Positions 8,348 to 15,816 of a stretch of 31,227 nt of DNA are shown one piece after another (within the stretch, counting starts at the first letter, position 1; the number at the start of each line of letters is the position of its first letter). The notes beneath the pieces were generated by a model, which ran no database searches, had not been told where the DNA came from, and saw only the letters and a program-made list of their open reading frames with translations. Origin of the DNA: Thermoplasmata archaeon (lineage in GTDB: Archaea; Thermoplasmatota; Thermoplasmata; GCA-020350865); the NCBI GenBank assembly GCA_020348445.1, contig CP070751.1:4288527-4319753 (forward strand). Direction: 5' to 3'. Position numbers and translations under genes: made by a program.

Positions 8348-9028
8348 CTACACCTCGACGGCTTTGCCGACTTCGCATATCACGACCTCTGAGTCGCAGA
8401 GCGATTCTACAAGGCTCTTGAATTCCGAAGGATTCTGTGCAACAGGTGGGAAAGTATTATAATGCATGGGAATGACTATATCTGACTTGATCCAGGACGC
8501 GGCCTTTGCAGCATGCTCAGGATTCATTGTGAATCTATCTCCAATGGGAAGAAACGAAATCTGAGGTTTGTAAAGCTCTCCGATGAGCTTCATATCTGAG
8601 AAAATGCAGGTATCGCCAGCATGATACAGTACCTTTTGGGTCGAAATAATAAAACCTGCTGGATCCCCGCCTGAGAATCCAAATCCCGAGGCATCGATGC
8701 CCGAGGAATGCCAGGCTTGGACCATGGTGAACCTTATACCTTTTAGTTCCACACTACCTCCGAGATTTGCGCCGATGCCCTCAACACCATGTTTTACGGC
8801 GTACCTGGCTATCTCATGAATTGCTATTATTGGGGCGGAATTCTTTTTTGCAATGGGAATCGCATCTCCGAGGTGATCGCCGTGACCGTGTGTCACACAA
8901 ATGATATCACATTCTATTTCCTCTGCTTTGCATGGCGCCATTGGATTTCCCGAGATGAACGGATCTATCAAGATTCTGCTTTCGCCCTCTATAAGAAAGG
9001 CTGCATGTCCCAACCATGTTATTTTCAT
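8348..9028 (-). CDS. Metal-dependent hydrolase, metallo-beta-lactamase fold (UPF0173-like)
   Basis: MKITWLGHAAF, IDPF, THGHGDH, HAGDT, LPIGDRFTM and IPMHY motifs; AGGTGA RBS 5 nt before ATG 9028. Confidence 0.92.
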   Translation of the reverse strand: MKITWLGHAAFLIEGESRILIDPFISGNPMAPCKAEEIECDIICVTHGHGDHLGDAIPIAKKNSAPIIAIHEIARYAVKHGVEGIGANLGGSVELKGIRFTMVQAWHSSGIDASGFGFSGGDPAGFIISTQKVLYHAGDTCIFSDMKLIGELYKPQISFLPIGDRFTMNPEHAAKAASWIKSDIVIPMHYNTFPPVAQNPSEFKSLVESLCDSEVVICEVGKAVEV

Positions 9029-9248
9029 GAATTTCACCTAAATAAGAGAATGGTATGGGGCTTTATTAGAGTTACCCCAAGGGATTTTGGTTGCCATCCC
9101 CAGCCCTGCCTTTCTCCATACCCCTAAATTTTCGATATTGATGTGAAAAAATCCCTATTCATCGAGAGAAAACTTGATATAAGAGGTATGATTTGTGAAC
9201 ATCAAAAATTAAATACCCCATTGACACTATGGGGAAAAAAGGGATTCC

Positions 9249-12062
9249 ATGTCAAAAAAGGTGCTTTCACTAGGTGCATGTTTCCTACTCATAGGAAGCA
9301 CCCTATTTACTTTGATGCTCATTTTGAACTTTTCGAGCGTCGTGAGCGGTGAGACGGTGCGTTATGTGGGGGGAGGAAGTGTTGGGAATTACTCCACCAT
9401 TCAAGAGGGAATCGAGGCTGCAGAGGATGGGGACACAGTTTACGTTTTCAGCAAGACATATTATGAGAACATATTTATTGACAAGAGAATAACACTAAAA
9501 GGAGAGGACAGAGACACCACAATAATCGACGGCTCAGCCGGTGGAAATGTGGTGCGAATCGATTCCACGGGTTCCGTGGTTATTAAATCCCTCACTCTAA
9601 CCAATGCCGATAAAGGTGTTCATGTATCTGGTTCCGGATACTTTGAAATTGAGGACGTCAACATAACACAGTGTAAGTTTGAAGGAATATTTGCGCTCAG
9701 CTCCGAGTATGTACAAATCAAGGACTGCAAGTTTTTGGGTCCAAACTCTGGTGTTGGGATATATGCGGACAATTCGAATCACATGGAGATCAGTGGCTGT
9801 ACCATCGAAAGGTACTTGGATGGTATAAATTGTTATGAATCGTCCGATTTATGGGTGGCTGATAACACAATATTATCGAATTCCAATGGAATCAATATTA
9901 ATAACGAGAGCAATGCAAAGATAGAGGGAAATTACCTGATGAACAACTCAATATCCGGCATCAGCGTGATAGATCTTTCCCAAATCGATGTTGAATCAAC
10001 AGATATAGACCTTTCAGGAATCGGTGTATATTCATCGATTACATCCACTGTAAATGTGTTCAACTCCACGATTGTGCGCTCCACAGGTTACGATTTTTTT
10101 GTGAGTACAAGCAATATCGTTCTTGTGAATGTCGACTTCGATTATGATAGCGTCAAAATCGAGGATGCATATTCTGACTTAAAGGTCAAGAACTACCTTG
10201 AGGTTTACACAGAAGATTCATATGGTAATCCTGTTGAAAATGCTGATGTGATAGTTGAGACAGACGGCGATGAAATCTACGACTCCACAGGGGGGTATCC
10301 AAAAACCGATGAGAACGGGAAAATAGGGCCGATAGAGGCTAAATATCGCGAATATCAGTTTAATGATACATCGGATTACCAGATCAAGGACAGCATAACA
10401 AGTATCGAGGCCTATTACGGGGAGTATGAACTCTTGTATCTAGGTACCGATCAAAATGACATAAATATGTCCACCTCACATGCAGAAACGTTTCAACTGG
10501 ATACCGCACCCCCCACTATATCAGGGGTGACCTGCCGCGGTAAAAATTCCAATTTAATAAATACATTGGATAGAAGCCAGGATGATTCCCTGATCATTTC
10601 CTTTACCGCAAGCGAGCCTGGTATCTATTCGATAATCATTAACACGAGCGGGGATAACAAATTCAGCGAGTTCAATGACACAGTTCTTTCTGACACTGCA
10701 TCGGGTTCTTTGCAAACCGTGTCTTGGGACGGACATTTTACAAATGAAAGTATTTCACATGGCGAGAAGTTCCCTGACGGTATTTATTATGTCAAAATCA
10801 CGCTGATCGATTCCTATGACAATGAAATCCAAAATCCGTATTTTGGATTGGTCGTGAGGATAATAAACACGGATTCTGATGGTGATGGAGTAATAGATAC
10901 CCTTGATGTGTATCCTGACGATAGAACCCAATGGAGCGATAATGATGGGGATGGATATGGTGACAATCCATCTGGAAAAAATGCCGATGCGTTCCCAAGT
11001 GATCCCACACAATGGGAGGATTCAGACGGCGATGGCTACGGGGACAATCCCTTGGGCTCCAATGCCGATGCATTCCCAAATGAAAAGACCCAATGGCTTG
11101 ACACCGACGGTGATGGGAAGGGCGACAACCCGACTGGTGTAAATCCTGACTTCTTTCCGTATGACCCAACTCAGTTCATTGACGATGATGGCGACGGTTA
11201 CGGAGACAACAAATCAGGCAATAATCCCGATGCATACCCCGATGACCCAGATGAATGGCTTGATAGCGATGGGGATGGGGTTGGGGATAACAGCGATGAA
11301 TTTCCCGATGATCCAAATGAATGGAAGGACTCAGATGGGGACGGTGTGGGAGACAACAGCGATTTGTTACCCTGGATGAACGAACTGTTCCTGTTTTTAA
11401 TTATCGGGATAATCGTAGTTGTTGTTATCGCAGGAGTTATGGCCTACAGGAAAAGAAGGATTGCAGCAAGGCCATTTGAATCCCGACCGGGCGCTGCTGC
11501 GGCTCCAGCTGTAAGGCCTATTCCACCGCCCAGAGCAAGGAAGCTACCACCGCCTCCCAGAAGACCCTCTCCAGAGCCGGAGGCCATGGAGTTTGAACTA
11601 GAGGAGGAACCCGAAAAGCCTCCAGAACCTGAAGAAGTTCCAGAGCCACCGCCTCCTGCACCACCTGCACCTCCCGAGGCACCCCCTGAGCCTCCAGCTC
11701 CACCAGAAGCACCTCCCAAAGAACCATCCGAAGAATCCAAGGCGCCACCTCCCCCGCCTGAGGCACCCCTTGCAGCACCACCTGCACCTACAAAGGAGCC
11801 ACCAGAAGAGCCCGAGGCACCACCACCTGCACCACCCAAGAAACCTCAAGAGGAGCCATCAAAAGAGCCCGAGGCGCCACCAGAACCTGAGAAGGATGCC
11901 AAAACGCAACCTCCAAAAGAAGAGGCACAACCCCCTTCAGAAGAAGAACTGCGGCCTCCCAAGAAAGAAGGAGCACCACCCCCAAAGCCTAAAAAGAAGA
12001 CCGCACCTCCGAAGAAGAAAGGGAAGAAAAAGGGCAAAAAGAAGCTCAGGGTGAAGAAGTAA
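9249..12062 (+). CDS. Membrane-anchored surface protein: right-handed beta-helix, Ig/FlgD-like domain, TSP3-like Ca-binding repeats, TM helix, Pro/Glu-rich then Lys-rich cytoplasmic tail
   Basis: TIQEGIEAAEDGDTVYV beta-helix start; VSWDG...PDGIYYV; DxDGDGxGDN repeats; TM LFLFLIIGIIVVVVIAGVMAY followed by RKRR. Confidence 0.88.
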   Translation: MSKKVLSLGACFLLIGSTLFTLMLILNFSSVVSGETVRYVGGGSVGNYSTIQEGIEAAEDGDTVYVFSKTYYENIFIDKRITLKGEDRDTTIIDGSAGGNVVRIDSTGSVVIKSLTLTNADKGVHVSGSGYFEIEDVNITQCKFEGIFALSSEYVQIKDCKFLGPNSGVGIYADNSNHMEISGCTIERYLDGINCYESSDLWVADNTILSNSNGININNESNAKIEGNYLMNNSISGISVIDLSQIDVESTDIDLSGIGVYSSITSTVNVFNSTIVRSTGYDFFVSTSNIVLVNVDFDYDSVKIEDAYSDLKVKNYLEVYTEDSYGNPVENADVIVETDGDEIYDSTGGYPKTDENGKIGPIEAKYREYQFNDTSDYQIKDSITSIEAYYGEYELLYLGTDQNDINMSTSHAETFQLDTAPPTISGVTCRGKNSNLINTLDRSQDDSLIISFTASEPGIYSIIINTSGDNKFSEFNDTVLSDTASGSLQTVSWDGHFTNESISHGEKFPDGIYYVKITLIDSYDNEIQNPYFGLVVRIINTDSDGDGVIDTLDVYPDDRTQWSDNDGDGYGDNPSGKNADAFPSDPTQWEDSDGDGYGDNPLGSNADAFPNEKTQWLDTDGDGKGDNPTGVNPDFFPYDPTQFIDDDGDGYGDNKSGNNPDAYPDDPDEWLDSDGDGVGDNSDEFPDDPNEWKDSDGDGVGDNSDLLPWMNELFLFLIIGIIVVVVIAGVMAYRKRRIAARPFESRPGAAAAPAVRPIPPPRARKLPPPPRRPSPEPEAMEFELEEEPEKPPEPEEVPEPPPPAPPAPPEAPPEPPAPPEAPPKEPSEESKAPPPPPEAPLAAPPAPTKEPPEEPEAPPPAPPKKPQEEPSKEPEAPPEPEKDAKTQPPKEEAQPPSEEELRPPKKEGAPPPKPKKKTAPPKKKGKKKGKKKLRVKK
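10872..11370 (+). repeat. Seven thrombospondin type-3-like coding repeats
   Basis: Repeated D(S/N/T/D)DGDG(Y/V/K)GDN...D(A/F/E)(F/Y)P...(Q/E)W units. Confidence 0.85.
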
Positions 12063-12177
12063 TTGGGCCTGTTAAATGCATGGTGATCGATTTTTTTTCT
12101 TTATGACGAGATCGTGGGTCCCCTCACCCAATAAGCTAGATGGTTGGGGATTGTTCAAACACATCCTATCTCAACTC

Positions 12178-12185
12178 TTTTATAT
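12178..12185 (+). promoter_or_regulatory. Putative TATA box for the tRNA locus
   Basis: TTTTATAT about 30 nt upstream of the upstream GGGCTTA copy at 12215. Confidence 0.55.
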
Positions 12186-12212
12186 CAATAGCTCAATACA
12201 CATTTCCCTTAC

Positions 12213-12230
12213 GTGGGCTTATGGTCTAGT
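12213..12230 (+). repeat. Exact 18-nt direct repeat of the tRNA-Val 5' end (second copy 12378-12395)
   Basis: gtgggcttatggtctagt at both positions, 165 nt apart. Confidence 0.95.
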
Positions 12231-12379
12231 CTGCGGGTAGTCGTTGACACTCCTACACTGGCACCCAAATTTCCAAAAAAGGTAAATTTGTGCACATCGT
12301 GGTGCCGCTTCGCTTCCACCCATTTCGCCCAACTTTCCTTTGTAAACTCGGTCACTGTTACTTGCATAATAGATCAGGT

Positions 12380-12523
12380 GGGCTTATGGTCTAGTTGGTT
12401 TCATAGGGGGGTAGAACCCCTTTATGCCACAAATGACGTCGCTCTCACACAGCGGAGGTCGCCGGTTCGAATACCTCTTGAGGACAAGAAACCTCGGGTG
12501 CGAAATTCCGGCTAAGCCCACCA
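12380..12523 (+). tRNA. tRNA-Val(CAC) with two non-canonical introns (about 12401-12432 at 20a/21; 12472-12506 at 59/60) and encoded CCA
   Basis: Removing both introns gives a 77-nt cloverleaf: acceptor GGGCTTA/TAAGCCC, D arm GTCT..TGAC, anticodon stem TCGCT/AGCGG with loop CTCACAC, T arm GCCGG-TTCGAAT-CCGGC, then A-CCA. Both introns form bulge-helix-bulge-like motifs. Confidence 0.9.
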
Positions 12524-12588
12524 CCCTTTTTATGAACCTTTAAACAACATTTTATATATCTATAATCCATTTAGAAATGGTGTGAGTC

Positions 12589-12849
12589 ATGATAGGCGCA
12601 TTGATATTTATTATGGCTATCGCATTGGTCTTTTTTTATTTCTTCTTACTCTTTACAATAGATTTTTTCACGGAGCTTAATTACAAATTCCATGGGTATA
12701 TCCCTCCACCGCCACCTAAATATCGACTTCACTGCCCCCCGCCCCCTCCGCAGTATTATCTCCAAAAGGAATTTTTACATTCTATGGAGAAAAATAACGA
12801 GGTGAAACTCCCGAACAAACTACCAAATAAAAATTTGATTAATCGTTAA
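12589..12849 (+). CDS. Small hypothetical membrane protein with polyproline tracts
   Basis: N-terminal hydrophobic segment, then PPPPPKY and PPPPPQYY; GGTG RBS-like and TATA-like sequence upstream. Confidence 0.5.
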   Translation: MIGALIFIMAIALVFFYFFLLFTIDFFTELNYKFHGYIPPPPPKYRLHCPPPPPQYYLQKEFLHSMEKNNEVKLPNKLPNKNLINR

Positions 12850-12862
12850 TTGTTATTTCTTC

Positions 12863-13951
12863 TTACTCATCATTTAATATTGGCAATACAATTTGTTCAT
12901 AATTAATATCAGATTGATTTGCTAGTTTTGAAATTGAAATTCCCACCAATCTCACCTTCCTTTTGCCCATCTTTGTTTTGGGGATCAACCTTTTTATGTT
13001 AGACATGATGATTACTGGATCTTGGACTGCCGATTTGCATGTGATGCTTCTACTGATACGTCTAAAATTATGATACTTTACCTTGAGAGTGATGGTCCTG
13101 CCTCGAATGTTGTACCTCTTCATCCTGTCCGTGAGCCTTTGGGCAATATGTTCGAGCACTTCAATTATGTCTTCGACATCATCCAAATCCTCATGTAAAG
13201 TCTTCTCTTTTCCAATTGACTTCCTCGAATGAAATAGATGAACCTCCCGGTTGTCGATTCCGTGGGCCATGCTGTAGAAATAGGATCCTGATTTGCCAAA
13301 GTGCTTCTTCAATTCATCTCTAGAATATCTCTTAAGATCGGCTCCTGTTTCAATTCCCAGGTCTTTCATCCTCTTTTCAGTGGCCTTTCCTACACCTATA
13401 AATTTTCTAATTGGAAGGTTGTCAATGAACTCTGATGCTCCTTCCCTTGTTATGATAGTTATGCCAAATGGTTTGTGAAAATCAGAGCCCACCTTGGCAA
13501 GGAACTTATTAAAGGACACACCAGCCGAGGCGGTAAGCCCGGTTTCCTCGTTTATCTGGTTCAATATATCCCTAGCTATCATCTCCGAAGATTCTATCCC
13601 CTTCTTGTTCTCAGTGACATCTAAATAGGCCTCGTCCCAAGATACAGGTTCTACAAGGTCAGTGTATTCATGGAATATTTTTCGGATTTGATCAGTTACC
13701 TCCTTATAGGCATCGAATCGAGGAGGGACAAATATGGCTTGAGGACATAACCTGTTGGCTTTGGAGGAGGACATGGCTGAATGAATCCCGTACTTTCTTG
13801 CCTCATATGAGCAGGTTTGAACAACTCCCCTACCGTGAGGGCCTCCTCCGACGATAACAGGCTTACCTTGAAGCTCTGGATTATCCCGCTGTTCAACTGC
13901 GGCGTAGAAGGCGTCCATGTCCACATGGATTATTATTCTGTCCTTTTTCAT
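12863..13951 (-). CDS. dinB: DNA polymerase IV (Y family, DinB)
   Basis: IIHVDMDAFYAAVEQ, SYEARKYGIHSAM, SWDEAYLD, NKFLAK and VRLVGI motifs. Start placed at ATG 13951 (MKKDRIIIHVD) rather than the track's 14155. Confidence 0.95.
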   Translation of the reverse strand: MKKDRIIIHVDMDAFYAAVEQRDNPELQGKPVIVGGGPHGRGVVQTCSYEARKYGIHSAMSSSKANRLCPQAIFVPPRFDAYKEVTDQIRKIFHEYTDLVEPVSWDEAYLDVTENKKGIESSEMIARDILNQINEETGLTASAGVSFNKFLAKVGSDFHKPFGITIITREGASEFIDNLPIRKFIGVGKATEKRMKDLGIETGADLKRYSRDELKKHFGKSGSYFYSMAHGIDNREVHLFHSRKSIGKEKTLHEDLDDVEDIIEVLEHIAQRLTDRMKRYNIRGRTITLKVKYHNFRRISRSITCKSAVQDPVIIMSNIKRLIPKTKMGKRKVRLVGISISKLANQSDINYEQIVLPILNDE

Positions 13952-14044
13952 TATGAATACCATTTGTTGTAATATCCAAATAATACACTTAAAGAATTTT
14001 TTTTGGGAGTTCAATGAAAGTAAAATCAAAGTACAAATTCGGGT

Positions 14045-14127
14045 GTCCCCAATCCCCTCAGGAGGAAAAAATTTTCGGGTCAGATAGCCGCGATAATTTT
14101 TGCGAGGAAGGGTAGAGGATCGGGGAC
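14045..14127 (-). other. 83-nt imperfect RNA hairpin upstream of dinB
   Basis: On the minus strand, a 14-bp outer helix with two G-U pairs, a pyrimidine-rich internal loop, then 7-bp and 5-bp inner helices closing an 8-nt loop. Confidence 0.5.
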
Positions 14128-14332
14128 GTTTATTAATTAGTATTTCATGGTTCATATGTCTTTCGATTGAATATAAGCACCTCTTTTACCCTCTTTACCG
14201 TTGAAATAACAACTTAAAAGGGTATTTTCTGGAGCATATGAGTGGATTTTCCAGGAGTTGTTCCAAATCTGTTATTTTATCAAATACAAAAATGAAATAA
14301 TATATATATTCGAAGGTTCATAATATGCCGAT

Positions 14333-14686
14333 ATGACCATTCTTGACCTGATTTGCGTTATTATAATTCTACTGATAATCATAGGTGTCATAGTGATAGC
14401 CGTAAGATTCCTTTTCCCGGGGCCTGAAAAACATTACCCTCCCCCGCAGTCCTATCAGCAGCCCTACCAGTATACAGATAGGGAATATCCTGAGAGGTCA
14501 TATCCTCCAAGCCAACGAACTCAAAGGCAGTATCCTCCACCAACCCGAACACAAGATGTTCCCAAAAAACAGGAATCAAAGACCCAGATCACGTACTGCA
14601 AGGGTTGCGGAAAGCAGATCCCTTCAGACGCCAGACTATGTCCGTACTGCGGAAAGGGTATTGATTCTGGAAGCTCTCGATTCTAA
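14333..14686 (+). CDS. Membrane protein with Pro/Gln/Tyr-rich linker and C-terminal zinc ribbon
   Basis: N-terminal TM helix; YCKGCG...LCPYCG double CxxC motif. Confidence 0.85.
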   Translation: MTILDLICVIIILLIIIGVIVIAVRFLFPGPEKHYPPPQSYQQPYQYTDREYPERSYPPSQRTQRQYPPPTRTQDVPKKQESKTQITYCKGCGKQIPSDARLCPYCGKGIDSGSSRF

Positions 14687-14789
14687 GCCCTTTTAATTTA
14701 TTTTAATGTAAAATAACATAACTAATTCGAAAAAAATTGGAAGAGTAGGCCTATTGCAGGGGGAAAAAACCTCCCGAATTCCGGGCAAA

Positions 14790-15482
14790 TCAGATTTTTT
14801 CCTTAAATAATCTGGTTGCAATGGACAATCCATGTTTCATAGAACTGAGTTTAGAGGGTGCAATTCTTTTTCTGTAATCTATGGGTACTTCCCCTATCTT
14901 ACACCCCATTTTCACGCATTTGGCGTACATTTCCGCTTCAACGTCGAAATGTCTTGCATCCAAATCGAGCCTCTTCACAACATCGCTTCTGAATCCCCAC
15001 ATGCCTGTACACAAATCAGTGACCTTGTGGCCGTTGGGAAACAGAAGATTGGCAGTTCTCGTCAAAGCCTTGTTGCCCATCATGTTCAATTGCGACATTG
15101 CGCCCGGCAGTATATTACCATTCAGCCTCGAACCCAGGACAACATCAAATTTCCCGGATTCTAGTAGAGGCAGCATCTCAAGGATATGGTACCCTGGATA
15201 TGTGTCATCAGAATCCATCATAAACAGGTATTTTCCTTTAGATGCTTTGAATGCAGCCTTCATTCCTAGCCCTTTCCCCCTTCCCTGCTGTAGAATCAGT
15301 CTCGCTCCCTTTTTTTGAGCGATTTGCCTTGTATTGTCTGTGCTGTGTCCATCCACAACCATGATGTCTATGTCATACCCCTTTTCTTTGAGTTGCTCAA
15401 CAGGTATTCCGTCAATTACCCTGCCTATTGTCAATTCTTCGTCTAATGCAGGTAAAATCACGGAAATTTGGTTTTTAGGCAT
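14790..15482 (-). CDS. Glycosyltransferase family 2 (Dol-P-sugar synthase-like)
   Basis: ISVILPALDEE, VVDGHSTD, GKG, MMDSDDTY (DxD) and EVPIDYRKR motifs; start set at MPKNQ. Confidence 0.9.
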   Translation of the reverse strand: MPKNQISVILPALDEELTIGRVIDGIPVEQLKEKGYDIDIMVVDGHSTDNTRQIAQKKGARLILQQGRGKGLGMKAAFKASKGKYLFMMDSDDTYPGYHILEMLPLLESGKFDVVLGSRLNGNILPGAMSQLNMMGNKALTRTANLLFPNGHKVTDLCTGMWGFRSDVVKRLDLDARHFDVEAEMYAKCVKMGCKIGEVPIDYRKRIAPSKLSSMKHGLSIATRLFKEKI

Positions 15483-15587
15483 ATTTTCCCAACCCAAGTG
15501 CCAATACAATTACTTATATTTAAGTTTTAGGAATGTGTTATTCGCCGAATTTTCCTCGAAAAACGCTTATTTTATGTGCCTTTAGGG

Positions 15588-15767
15588 TTATTTAATATTT
15601 TTGGGTAGCAGATTAGGTATCCCTTCCTCAATTGGGTAGTCCACATCACATTTACCGCATTTTAAGGTCCCTGTTATAATCTCCTTTTCATCCTCTTTTA
15701 CCACGGATAGGGCCAAGTCTCCCTTGCAAGTGGGGCAGCATATGATTTCCATAAGATCTTTTTTCAT
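15588..15767 (-). CDS. trm112: Trm112-family methyltransferase activator (59 aa; below the ORF-track cut-off)
   Basis: Manual translation MKKDLMEIICCPTCKGDLALSVVKEDEKEIITGTLKCGKCDVDYPIEEGIPNLLPKNIK; CPxCK...CxxC...YPIEEGIPNLL signature. Confidence 0.88.
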   Translation of the reverse strand: MKKDLMEIICCPTCKGDLALSVVKEDEKEIITGTLKCGKCDVDYPIEEGIPNLLPKNIK

Positions 15768-15816
15768 ACTATCGCCCTGTGCAAATACCTCATTTCATAT
15801 AAATATTCCCCATTAT

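Noticed and set aside
11444-12037. Gly-rich antisense ORFs over the proline-rich tail
   Set aside because: Expected complement of CCN-rich codons; no independent signals.
12478-12490. 13-nt match TTGAGGACAAGAA between the tRNA intron and the polC upstream region (25077-25089)
   Set aside because: Several 13-mer matches are expected by chance in 31 kb, and there is no flanking similarity.
12472-12506. Possible intron nested inside the T-loop intron (GAGG/CCTC helix with CTT bulge)
   Set aside because: The bulge lies 5' of the helix on the 5' strand, the wrong geometry for a BHB, and there is no second bulge.
13952-14155. 68-aa N-terminal extension of DinB in the ORF track
   Set aside because: No recognisable domain; DinB proteins normally begin a few residues before HVDMD. 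Treated as untranslated, though not disproved.
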